Part shown: one piece after another, positions 9,694-18,603 of the stretch
How the letters are laid out: every line of letters begins with the position of its first letter
Numbering within the stretch: position 1 is the stretch's first letter
Assembly: GCA_016182295.1 (NCBI GenBank)
Contig: JACOXP010000006.1
Coordinates: forward strand, 9,298-73,297
Reading direction: 5' to 3'
DNA length: 64,000 nt
Origin: Candidatus Harrisonbacteria bacterium
Lineage (GTDB): Bacteria; Patescibacteriota; Minisyncoccia; UBA6257; WO2-44-18
Notes under the pieces: model-generated
Databases searched by the model: none
Told to the model about the DNA's origin: nothing
What the model saw: the letters and a program-made list of their open reading frames with translations, nothing else
Program-made: the position numbers and the translations under genes

Positions 9694-10602
9694 ATGAAAA
9701 AATATTTTTGGATTTTCCGGTATTGTTGGAAACACTTCAGCAGATTTTTAATGAGACCGTACTATTCAATTAGAACATCTTGGCCTGTGTGGTTCGGCAT
9801 TTTAAATAAAGAGGGGCGGCTATTATACGATCGACATCCCAAAAACCACGATTCTGTTTTGGAAAAAATCATAAAAGAAATAAAAGAAAAAGGCATCGCC
9901 GTTACTCATCTTGACGAATTATTTCCCGGAAGAAATCTTTTGCCGGAATTGCAAAGTTACACAAAAAAACTTGCTGAAACCGCTCAAATAAAAAAAGGCA
10001 AGGAATTTCTAATGGCTCTTTGGGAAACGGCTGGGGTTTTGGATTTAGATAATAGTTTAGTTAAATTATCCCTACAATCAAGATCGCTGGAAGTAGTAAA
10101 CGCTTATATGGAGATGTTTTCCAAGTTCCGCCACGCTTCTTTAAATGTAACAATACCGATGCCGGAGGGATCGTTGGCGATAAAATCACAGCGCTGGCAT
10201 CGCGATCCGGAAGACAAACGGATGTGCAAAATGTTTGTTTATTTAAACGATATTGATGAAGATGCCGGCCCGTTTATTTACATTCCCAAATCTCACCAAG
10301 GAGGAAAATGGAGAGAAATTTTCCCCCAGCGTCCGCCAGTCGGCTACTACCCTCCGGATGGAGCGGTGGAAAAAGTTATCCCCTCAGCCGAAATAAAAGT
10401 TTGTACCGGCCGCGCCGGTACGGTAATATTTGGCGATACCAGCGGTTTGCACAAAGGAGGCTACGCCAAGTCCAAAGAGCGATATATGTTTACGGCTACT
10501 TATTCATCGAAAGCGTCTCTTTGGCAAACATATTATGCGCTGCCGTCAGCCGGTCAATTAACCGAATTAAACCTATTGGCTCGCTACGCGGTTACAAAAT
10601 AG
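9694..10602 (+). CDS. PhyH-like Fe(II)/2-oxoglutarate-dependent dioxygenase
   Basis: WHRDPED ... FIYIPKSH ... GLHKGG resembles the HxD...H facial triad region of phytanoyl-CoA dioxygenase family enzymes. Confidence 0.55.
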   Translation: MKKYFWIFRYCWKHFSRFLMRPYYSIRTSWPVWFGILNKEGRLLYDRHPKNHDSVLEKIIKEIKEKGIAVTHLDELFPGRNLLPELQSYTKKLAETAQIKKGKEFLMALWETAGVLDLDNSLVKLSLQSRSLEVVNAYMEMFSKFRHASLNVTIPMPEGSLAIKSQRWHRDPEDKRMCKMFVYLNDIDEDAGPFIYIPKSHQGGKWREIFPQRPPVGYYPPDGAVEKVIPSAEIKVCTGRAGTVIFGDTSGLHKGGYAKSKERYMFTATYSSKASLWQTYYALPSAGQLTELNLLARYAVTK

Positions 10603-10607
10603 AAGAT

Positions 10608-11966
10608 ATGAAGACAGTTTTTTTGTGCGTGCCCAATTACGTTTTTTCAACAGATCTTCTGCGCACGCGTTATATCGGTTATCTAGCATCCAAATACAAA
10701 GTAGTGGTTTTTATGCCGATGATCGGTCCAGAAGAAGCGAAGCGCGTCGGTTATTTTCATTCTACAAATGTCCAGTATGTAAAGTGGGAATTGGAAGTGC
10801 CAAAATTTTGGAGCATTTTTAAGTTATTCAGAATAGCGGCAATGACCGAGTTCGATTATCTCGAATCGGTCCGACACTTCTATAAACGACCCACTTTCAA
10901 AAACAATTGGCAGAGACGTTTGGTCCGTTTTTTCGCGAAGCCGTTTGGGCAGTTATTGACGGCTGATTTTTTTACAAAACTTGAAAGCCGTTTACACCCT
11001 CGATCTCTTCAATTTGATAAATATCTCAAGCAATTCCAGCCAAGTTTGGTAATCACGGCCACGCCGGGTTTTAATCCTTTTGAAGCAGAAATGATTTTAT
11101 TGGCTAAACGATCGAAACTGCCAACGGCGGCTGTTAATTTTACTTGGGATAATTTGACAACCAACTGCAACCATATTAGAAAAACTGATTATTTGATTGT
11201 TTGGAACGATATTGTTAAAGAGGAAGCGAAGAAAATTCATCACTACGATCTGGCTAAAGTTTTCGTCGCCGGTGTTAACAAGTTCGACCATTATTTTAGA
11301 AAAGAAGGCAAACTTAGTCGTGAGGAATTCTTAAAAAGTAAAAAATTAGACCCCAAAAGAAAGACAATAGTTTTTTGTAGCAAGCCGAAAACCTACGTCG
11401 AGCAATTAGATCACGTTCGCGGCATATTGGAAGCGCGCGAAAAAGGACGTCTAGCCGCCCCCGTTAACCTATTGATCAGGCCTCACCCGCTGGATAATCG
11501 AGATAATTATAAAGAATTTATAAATTTACCGAATGTTTATGTTGATTATTCTGGTAAATCAATGAAGTTTTCCGCCGAATCAGTTTCCAATAAAATTGAG
11601 ATGGACGAGGAGGATTTAATGAATTTGAAATACACCTTGCAATACGGAGATGTGCACCTTCAATATGGATCAACCCTGGCGCTGGAAGCGGCAATTTTTG
11701 ACAAACCAATGGTTAATATCGGTTTTTTGAAAACCCTTAATCATGACACAAGCTATAAGGTAACTCATTTTTGGCCGGTTATTGAGACGGGCGCTTCTCC
11801 AATAGCTAAAACGCCAGAGGAACTTGTTGATTTAACCAATCAATATTTAAAAAACCCGATGTTGCATAAAGAAAATCGCCGACAGCTTTTGGAAAAATTC
11901 GTGGTCCTGCGCGACGGTTTTGCTTATAAACGGAATGTGGATTTCCTGGGAAACGTTTTATCCTAA
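10608..11966 (+). CDS. GT-B-like transferase with HP motif, uncharacterised family (paralog 1 of 3, plus a divergent fourth)
   Basis: Start taken at MKTVF immediately after the upstream stop (the tabulated ORF extends out of frame into the upstream gene). Shares TPGFNPFEAE..AKR..PTAAVNFTWDNLT, RPHPLD and C-terminal GSTLALEAAIFDKP blocks with 19406-20737 and 24358-25743. Confidence 0.6.
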   Translation: MKTVFLCVPNYVFSTDLLRTRYIGYLASKYKVVVFMPMIGPEEAKRVGYFHSTNVQYVKWELEVPKFWSIFKLFRIAAMTEFDYLESVRHFYKRPTFKNNWQRRLVRFFAKPFGQLLTADFFTKLESRLHPRSLQFDKYLKQFQPSLVITATPGFNPFEAEMILLAKRSKLPTAAVNFTWDNLTTNCNHIRKTDYLIVWNDIVKEEAKKIHHYDLAKVFVAGVNKFDHYFRKEGKLSREEFLKSKKLDPKRKTIVFCSKPKTYVEQLDHVRGILEAREKGRLAAPVNLLIRPHPLDNRDNYKEFINLPNVYVDYSGKSMKFSAESVSNKIEMDEEDLMNLKYTLQYGDVHLQYGSTLALEAAIFDKPMVNIGFLKTLNHDTSYKVTHFWPVIETGASPIAKTPEELVDLTNQYLKNPMLHKENRRQLLEKFVVLRDGFAYKRNVDFLGNVLS

Positions 11967-11993
11967 AAACAGGTTTAATTTAGAAACGGGGAT

Positions 11994-13571
11994 ATGACTT
12001 TTCGAGAAATTCAGAATTCTGTTTTTCGACTGATGGAAAATCCGGGCGCGACCGTATCCGATCACTTGTCGATCGCGAATCAGCTGGAAGACAGCAAAAA
12101 AGAAAAACCGGAATACTTCCGCGGCATTAAAGCCGCTTTTTTGAGCAACTTTACCATTAAGGGATTGCCGGAGATTTTTAGAACGCGGGCAATTTTCCAC
12201 AATGTCTGGGCGGATGTTTATCTTGGCCCCTATGATCAATGCGCTCAGGAAATTCTTGATAAAAAAAGCGGCCTGTATAAATTCCAGCCGGATTTAATTT
12301 ATTTTCTTTTCGACGCCGACGGCGAAAAGGCAAATCATTACAAAGAACTAGCCAGCCAACTTTCTGGCAAGGTGATGCTGATGGACAGTAATCAAATAAA
12401 AGCGGTCGTCGGTAATTATTGGCAAACCAAATATAAAGAGATGGGAGATTTCAGCGTGGCGCCAGAAGGATTTTCTACACTAGCCGATTATTTAATGAAA
12501 GAAACAATCGCCGTGAGCGGCGCTACCAAAAAATGTTTGGTGTTGGACCTTGATAATACGTTGTGGAAAGGAGTAATTGGTGAAGACGGCCTTGAGGGAA
12601 TAAAACCAGATCAAGATTTTCAACGTCAGGCCCTTTATCTTTATGAGACTGGAGTAATTCTGGCGATAAACAGTAAAAATAATTCAGAAGACGTGCTGGA
12701 AGCAATTGAAAAGCATCCGAAAATGATTCTACGAAAAAATCATTTTGCCGCTTGGCGGATCAATTGGCAGGATAAGGCAACCAATATGAAAGAATTGACG
12801 GATGAGTTAATGCTGGGGGCCGACAGTTTTGTTTTTGTCGATGATAGTCCGTTCGAGAGGAATATCGTGGCCAATAAATTTCCGGAAGTAGCCATTCTAA
12901 GCCCTGAAAGCCTGAAAAATTATCCCGGCTTCCATAAATTAAAAATTACCGATGAAGATCGACGTCGCGGTCAAATGTATGCCGAGGAGCAAATCCGCAG
13001 AAGCGCCCGATCTTCATTAAATAACGTGGAAGATTTTATAAAGTCATTGAATTTGGAAGTTACTATTCGAGAAATAAAATCGGACAGTCCCATTATCCCG
13101 CGTATCGCCCAAATGGCTCAAAAGACCAACCAGTTTAATATGACGACCAAGCGTTGGAGTGAAGATGAAATCAGGACTCTGCTTAATGAACGGCACAATT
13201 ATAAAATGTGGGCTGTTGAGGCAATGGATCGTTTTGGCGATTACGGTATTATAGGTTTCTTGGCCGCAAAGCCCGTAGTTGATAAAGTTTGGGAAATTGA
13301 TAATTTTTTAATGAGCTGCCGTATTCTGGGACGAGGAATAGAAAAGACGCTGTTGGCTCGCGTGATTGAAGAAGCGAATCGGAGCAAAATCAGCAAACTT
13401 ATAGGGGTTTTTATTCCGACCAAAAAAAATAAGGCGCTTTGTGAAGATTTCTATCCAAATAACGGTTTTAATAGTGGGCTTGTCTACAAATCCGCCGATT
13501 CTGTAAACTTTATTCATCACCTAAACAGCCCCTACCCATATCCAGAAAACATAAAAGTAAATTTCTCTTAA
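11994..13571 (+). CDS. FkbH-like HAD-superfamily (subfamily IIIC) phosphatase/acyltransferase
   Basis: LVLDLDNTLWKGVIGEDG (HAD motif I DxDxT), FVFVDDSPFERN, and a C-terminal GNAT-like region. Architecture of FkbH-type glyceryl-ACP loading enzymes. Confidence 0.7.
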   Translation: MTFREIQNSVFRLMENPGATVSDHLSIANQLEDSKKEKPEYFRGIKAAFLSNFTIKGLPEIFRTRAIFHNVWADVYLGPYDQCAQEILDKKSGLYKFQPDLIYFLFDADGEKANHYKELASQLSGKVMLMDSNQIKAVVGNYWQTKYKEMGDFSVAPEGFSTLADYLMKETIAVSGATKKCLVLDLDNTLWKGVIGEDGLEGIKPDQDFQRQALYLYETGVILAINSKNNSEDVLEAIEKHPKMILRKNHFAAWRINWQDKATNMKELTDELMLGADSFVFVDDSPFERNIVANKFPEVAILSPESLKNYPGFHKLKITDEDRRRGQMYAEEQIRRSARSSLNNVEDFIKSLNLEVTIREIKSDSPIIPRIAQMAQKTNQFNMTTKRWSEDEIRTLLNERHNYKMWAVEAMDRFGDYGIIGFLAAKPVVDKVWEIDNFLMSCRILGRGIEKTLLARVIEEANRSKISKLIGVFIPTKKNKALCEDFYPNNGFNSGLVYKSADSVNFIHHLNSPYPYPENIKVNFS

Positions 13572-13575
13572 AATT

Positions 13576-14016
13576 ATGAAATCCAATCCTACTTTACAGT
13601 TAAGCAATTTGAATTACGAAGGCATAAAGATCGATCAGGAATTTTCCTTCGAACGCTTGGTGGACAAGCAATTAGTCGATGAATTTGCCAAATTAAGCGG
13701 CGATTTCAGTCCTCTGCACATGGATGATTCTTACGCCAAAACGACTAAATTCGGCGAACGGATCGCCCATGGGATGCTTTTGGCCAGTTTTTTCTCTGCT
13801 CTGGTGGGGATGTTGTGTCCCGGGAAGAAAGGTTTATATTTATCCCAAACAGCAAATTTTAAAAACCCGTGCCGTTTGGGAGACAAACTTATTGTTATGG
13901 GCAAGATAAAATCAAAATCGGATTCAACCAGAACATTGGAATTAAGCACAATAATTAAGAATACTAACGGGAAAATTTTGGTGGACGGGTCGGCAATGGT
14001 AAAATTTTTAGAGTAA
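13576..14016 (+). CDS. MaoC-like (R)-specific hotdog-fold dehydratase
   Basis: FAKLSGDFSPLHMD...AHGM is the MaoC dehydratase signature; about 146 aa single hotdog. Confidence 0.75.
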   Translation: MKSNPTLQLSNLNYEGIKIDQEFSFERLVDKQLVDEFAKLSGDFSPLHMDDSYAKTTKFGERIAHGMLLASFFSALVGMLCPGKKGLYLSQTANFKNPCRLGDKLIVMGKIKSKSDSTRTLELSTIIKNTNGKILVDGSAMVKFLE

Positions 14017-14019
14017 TTT

Positions 14020-14721
14020 ATGGATCTTAAATTAAAAGGCAAAGTAGTTCTTATATTGGGAGGAACCGGAGGGATCGGCTCTGCGATAACGGCGGAATTC
14101 CAGAAAGAAGGCGCTTCGGTTTGCGCCCATGGGCGTTCGGGCAATTACGCTACTGATCTGACGTCTGAAGACGCGATGGCTGGGCTGGTGGAAAAGGCAA
14201 TGAAACAATTTGGGCGGGTTGATACGGTGATCAATTCTCTATCGACTCCGGTAAAACACGGAGCTTTAGAGTCAAAAAAATGGTCCGATTTTCAGGACCA
14301 AATTGATGTTCAAACACGCTCGTTTGTTGATTTATTGCCGCTGGTTGTGCCGACGATGAAGAGGCAGGGTGGCGGCCGAATAATAAATATTTTAACCACT
14401 TACGTGATTGGGCAGCCCCCGTCCGGGTTGGCTGATTACGTAACTGCCAAATACGCGCTATTGGGCCTGACTAAAGCGGCAGCCAGAGAATTGGGTAAAT
14501 ATCACATAACGGTAAACGCCGTTTCCCCGAGTTTTATCCGCAATAAATTTACCGATCGGATACCGGAAAAATTTGACGAATTGTTAATCAGCCAGACTCC
14601 GCTTGGTCGTTTAGCAACTCCGGAAGATGTGGCGAGAACCGTTTTATTTCTTGCTTCAGAAAAAGCCGAGTTTATTACCGGTGAGAATATCATTGTTGCC
14701 GGTGGCCAAACAATGGATTAA
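14020..14721 (+). CDS. Short-chain dehydrogenase/reductase (FabG-like ketoreductase)
   Basis: LGGTGGIGSAI cofactor motif; YVTAKYAL catalytic YxxxK. Confidence 0.85.
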   Translation: MDLKLKGKVVLILGGTGGIGSAITAEFQKEGASVCAHGRSGNYATDLTSEDAMAGLVEKAMKQFGRVDTVINSLSTPVKHGALESKKWSDFQDQIDVQTRSFVDLLPLVVPTMKRQGGGRIINILTTYVIGQPPSGLADYVTAKYALLGLTKAAARELGKYHITVNAVSPSFIRNKFTDRIPEKFDELLISQTPLGRLATPEDVARTVLFLASEKAEFITGENIIVAGGQTMD

Positions 14722-14732
14722 TTTTAATTTTT

Positions 14733-14960
14733 ATGAAGACACTTGAAGAAATAATTGCCGGCGTTTTAACGATTGATGTCAAATCGGTCAATGATCAGAC
14801 CAGTCCGGAAAATACTCCCGGCTGGGATTCTTTTAACAGTATTCTTTTGGTTAGCGAAGTTGAAAAAAATTTCAACGTCAAATTTGAATTGGATGAGGTA
14901 GTGGGATTGAAAAATGTCGGGGATTTTCGGGCTCTCTTGAAAAAACGCGGCGCTTTTTAG
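14733..14960 (+). CDS. Acyl carrier protein
   Basis: 75 aa, acidic, with GWDSFNSILLVSEVE containing the DS(F/L) phosphopantetheine attachment serine context. Confidence 0.7.
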   Translation: MKTLEEIIAGVLTIDVKSVNDQTSPENTPGWDSFNSILLVSEVEKNFNVKFELDEVVGLKNVGDFRALLKKRGAF

Positions 14961-14962
14961 GA

Positions 14963-16066
14963 ATGAAAATCGAATTTCTGGATAAAAAGGATCGGAGCTT
15001 GCTAGAACAATTTTATCGGGAAAGCTATTCTCCAAAATATATTTTGCTCAGAAAAGATTTTTTTGATTGGTACACGGTTAAAAATCCGAATTACCGAGAT
15101 CGATTCCCGGATGGACAACTTCCAGTTCTGGTTCTTAGAGACGATAAAAGGATCTTGGCTCATTGGGTTTGCGGAGCGCAAAAATTCAATTTTTTTGGGA
15201 GAAACTTTTCTATGTTCTGGACTTCTAATTGGATGGTTCATCCGGATTTTCGCCATCGTGGTTTGGGTGCTCTTATAACTAATTTTTTGCAAAAGCTGCC
15301 GGTGGATGTATTGGCGGCAAATATGGTGACCAAAGAATCAAGGAATGTCTTAGAGCGACTTAATTATCAATATCAAGACCTTAATCGTTATTTAGCGGTT
15401 TTTTCTGACGAAGCTTTAAATTTAGTTAACCACCGAAATGATCCAAGAGTTCGGGATCGTTTGCGGGAAGTTATTATCCCCGCTAAGAATGGCGATTTTG
15501 CCAATATTGAGCCGGTTTCCGCCTTTGCAGAAGACTATAACGAGTTTTGGCACAGCGGTTTCGCGCCCGTAGCGCAAGGCGGAGCGCGCGACGCCGATTT
15601 TTTAAACTGGCGATATCCGCAAGCTCCGTTTTTTGAATATCGCTGTTTTGTGGTTAAAGACAATCAAAAAAAGATAAAAGGGGTGATTGTTTTACGCATT
15701 GATGAGATTCGAAACACTAACTACCGAGCTTGTCGGATGTTGGAATTTTTTACTGATCCGGAATGGGCAAAACTAGCCGCCGAATTTGTAATCAGCTATG
15801 CCCGGCGGGAAAAATGCGTTTTTCTTGACTATTACAATTTGTTTTCCGGTTTTGATTCATTTTTCGCGGAAGCCGGAATTTTAAAGAATGATTCCGTATT
15901 ATCAACGGAAATTCCAAGATTGACTCAACCGGTAGCTCATGAGAATTGGTTTATTAACGCGGTTTTTTGGAAGAGGAATCCTGAAATTTCCAACGAAACT
16001 TTCTTTAATTTCGACAAATGGTATACTACCTCCGGCGATTCAGATCAAGATCGAAAAAATTTTTAA
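14963..16066 (+). CDS. GNAT-fold-like putative acyltransferase, paralog A (candidate carrier-protein-dependent transferase)
   Basis: Paralogous to 27807-28892: shared N-terminal block, the GNAT-like HPDFRHRGLG versus KKDLRSLGYG, and a near-identical C-terminal WYTT.SD.DQDR tail. Sits directly after an ACP gene. Confidence 0.5.
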   Translation: MKIEFLDKKDRSLLEQFYRESYSPKYILLRKDFFDWYTVKNPNYRDRFPDGQLPVLVLRDDKRILAHWVCGAQKFNFFGRNFSMFWTSNWMVHPDFRHRGLGALITNFLQKLPVDVLAANMVTKESRNVLERLNYQYQDLNRYLAVFSDEALNLVNHRNDPRVRDRLREVIIPAKNGDFANIEPVSAFAEDYNEFWHSGFAPVAQGGARDADFLNWRYPQAPFFEYRCFVVKDNQKKIKGVIVLRIDEIRNTNYRACRMLEFFTDPEWAKLAAEFVISYARREKCVFLDYYNLFSGFDSFFAEAGILKNDSVLSTEIPRLTQPVAHENWFINAVFWKRNPEISNETFFNFDKWYTTSGDSDQDRKNF

Positions 16067-16972
16067 ATGATTTCAAATAGCGATCAGTATATTGTCGTCA
16101 ATTATCATTTCGTTTTAAATCCCGAAGATCGTCCGGATTTAGGCGGAATTTTTCCGTGCCTGCCGGAGACTTTTTCTAATCAGCTAAAGTGGCTTAAAAA
16201 GAATTTTACTTTGACAGCCGTGGATGAAGTTTATAGAGCCGCCCGTGAAAAACGGTCCGGCCGTTTTTGCGCGTTAACCTTTGACGATGGCACTCGAGAC
16301 CATCTGGAAATAGTTTTCCCGTTGCTGCGCGAACAGCGAGCGCCGGGAACATTTTTTGTCATAACGGGTCCGTTTGAGGGGAAAATGCCCACTTCGCATA
16401 AAATCTATAGATTAAGATCAGAGCTGACAATCCCCGAATTAATAGATCATTATAACAATTTTTCTAGAAATCCTATGCCCACCGACAAATTTATCGATCC
16501 AACCGAGCGGTATGATGATTTGCTTACATCAAATTTTAAAACCACGATAGCGCGTTTGCCGCACTCCGTGGCGAATGAATTTATGAACGTGCTATTTTCT
16601 CAATTGGGGTGGGACGAAAATCTTGAGGCCAGAAAGCTTTTTTTAATGCCGGAAGATATTGTTAAAATGAAGTCGGGAGGAATGAAATTCGGAGCGCACG
16701 GTGACAGTCACAATCCCTTTCCGGTTTTAAAAGATGATGAAGTGGCAAACGAACTTAGGAATTCAAAACGAATACTCGTTGATCTTTTAGGAGAAGAAGT
16801 TCATTTATTTTCTTATCCGCATGGACAGTATCGCCGCCAACACCCAAAATTAATAGAGGATTTCGGTTTCCACTATGCCGCCACGACCGAAAGACGATCA
16901 ATCAACGGAATCGAAAATAAATTTTTGCTGCCTCGTTTTGACGCCAACGATCTAAAAGATATTCAAAAATGA
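16067..16972 (+). CDS. Polysaccharide deacetylase (CE4, NodB homology domain)
   Basis: TFDDGTRD and HGDSH motifs of CE4 deacetylases. Confidence 0.8.
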   Translation: MISNSDQYIVVNYHFVLNPEDRPDLGGIFPCLPETFSNQLKWLKKNFTLTAVDEVYRAAREKRSGRFCALTFDDGTRDHLEIVFPLLREQRAPGTFFVITGPFEGKMPTSHKIYRLRSELTIPELIDHYNNFSRNPMPTDKFIDPTERYDDLLTSNFKTTIARLPHSVANEFMNVLFSQLGWDENLEARKLFLMPEDIVKMKSGGMKFGAHGDSHNPFPVLKDDEVANELRNSKRILVDLLGEEVHLFSYPHGQYRRQHPKLIEDFGFHYAATTERRSINGIENKFLLPRFDANDLKDIQK

Positions 16973-17904
16973 AGTACTCTATAAACGATAAACATATAGT
17001 AATTAATTATCATTACGTGGAAAATCCCAGTCGAAACTGGTCCGGTATCCATCCCTGCTCAATTGATGAGTTTAATCGCCAAGTCAAATTCCTATCCGAA
17101 AACTACAAATTTGGCTCTCTGGTTGACGTTTTTCAGGCGGCCAAAAATAACAACGCGGAAAGGGTATGCGCGATAACTTTTGATGACGGTTTACGCGATC
17201 AATATGAAAATACCCTCCCGATTCTTAAAAAAGGCTCAGCTACGGCGACTTTTTTCATCATCACCGCGGCTCTAGAAGGCCGCTTGCCGCCCGCTCACCG
17301 CATTCATGTTTTGTTATCAAAAATCGCGATAAACGACCTAATTAACCTTTTTAATGAATATTTAAAGGAATTTTATTCGGATCTCCAAAAACAATATTTT
17401 ATTCCGAAAGATCGGCGTTTAACTCAACGCCGCCTTCATGAGGACATTCCAACGGCTAATTTTAAAGAAACGCTAATAATGTTGCCGGAGGATATCAAAG
17501 CCCAGTTTTTACGGTATTGTTTTAAAAAACAAGGACTGGATTCGGAACGGCTTTCTCGTCAAATATTTATGGGGGCGGGAGAGATTCGGGAATTACAGAG
17601 AGCGGGTATGCAAATTGGCGCTCACACCCATCAACATTACGCCTTAGACACAATGAATCCGGAAGCAATCAAAAATGACATCAATCTTAATAAAGCCGGC
17701 TTGGACTCGGTTTTGGGATTTGTGCCAGAGGTGTTTTCCTACCCTCATGGGCGCTATCAGCCGGCGGCCGTATCTATTTTGCGAGATGAAAAATTCAAAC
17801 ACGCTGTCACAATAGAGAAACGTGGAGTATCCGGTTCAGACGACCCGTTGTTAATGCCTCGGTATGACACGAACGATCTCCGAGACTTTTTAAATTTACG
17901 ATAA
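16969..17904 (+). CDS. Polysaccharide deacetylase (CE4), tandem paralog
   Basis: ITFDDGLRD, HTHQH motifs; clear paralog of the preceding gene. Confidence 0.8.
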   Translation: MKYSINDKHIVINYHYVENPSRNWSGIHPCSIDEFNRQVKFLSENYKFGSLVDVFQAAKNNNAERVCAITFDDGLRDQYENTLPILKKGSATATFFIITAALEGRLPPAHRIHVLLSKIAINDLINLFNEYLKEFYSDLQKQYFIPKDRRLTQRRLHEDIPTANFKETLIMLPEDIKAQFLRYCFKKQGLDSERLSRQIFMGAGEIRELQRAGMQIGAHTHQHYALDTMNPEAIKNDINLNKAGLDSVLGFVPEVFSYPHGRYQPAAVSILRDEKFKHAVTIEKRGVSGSDDPLLMPRYDTNDLRDFLNLR

Positions 17905-17907
17905 TTT

Positions 17908-18603
17908 ATGAAAAAGGAAGCAAACAAAATTTTTGAACGCAATAAATCTGTTTGGGATAATCTCAAAATTTCTTCCATGAACTTGGACGTCAATTTCGTG
18001 CGATGCCAAAAATATCTTTTCCCGGAGGGCCGAAAGAAAAAACTGCTTTACATCGGTTTTGGGGAGGGACAGAATCTGGAGTATTTGGCAAAAGCGGGAT
18101 TTGATGTTTATGGCACGGAGATCGCGGAGAGCCGCGTCGGAGAAACCAAAAAACGACTCAAGAAAAATAAGCTCAAGGCGCGTCTGTATCTTGTTAAATC
18201 CAGCGCGTTGCCATTCCAGGACGGATTTTTCGATATTGTTGTGGCTTGGCAATCCATTTACTACAACGATGAAAACGGACTTAAAGCAATCCTTAAGGAA
18301 ATTAACCGAGCGTTAAAGCCAAAAGGGCAATTTCTTTCATCAATGATATCCACAAAGCAAAATCTTCTTTGTAGTAAAAAAATTGGATTGTCTACTTATC
18401 GTCCCGCAAAAAAAACTGGGCAACAGAACTGCACAATTTTTTGCTTTAAGAACAAGAACCAAATACGCAAACTCTATGGCGACTTTGCGAGAATTAAAAT
18501 AGGTTTTTACAGCTCCTATTTATTCAAGAGCCGAAACTTTCACTATGTGATTTATTGCGTCAAAACAAAACATTCCCTAAAGGAGTTACATAATTTACAA
18601 TGA
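17908..18603 (+). CDS. Class I SAM-dependent methyltransferase
   Basis: LLYIGFGEGQNLEYLAKAGFDVYGTE (motif I) and ALKPKGQF (post-I). Confidence 0.7.
   Translation: MKKEANKIFERNKSVWDNLKISSMNLDVNFVRCQKYLFPEGRKKKLLYIGFGEGQNLEYLAKAGFDVYGTEIAESRVGETKKRLKKNKLKARLYLVKSSALPFQDGFFDIVVAWQSIYYNDENGLKAILKEINRALKPKGQFLSSMISTKQNLLCSKKIGLSTYRPAKKTGQQNCTIFCFKNKNQIRKLYGDFARIKIGFYSSYLFKSRNFHYVIYCVKTKHSLKELHNLQ

Noticed and set aside
10308-10607. 5' extension of the 552-aa ORF (MERNFPPASAS...) overlapping the PhyH-like gene
   Set aside because: The extension lies in a different frame across the upstream gene's 3' end and has a low-complexity R/S/P-rich translation. The paralogs all start MKT(V/I)F, which matches the internal ATG at 10608 just after the upstream stop.
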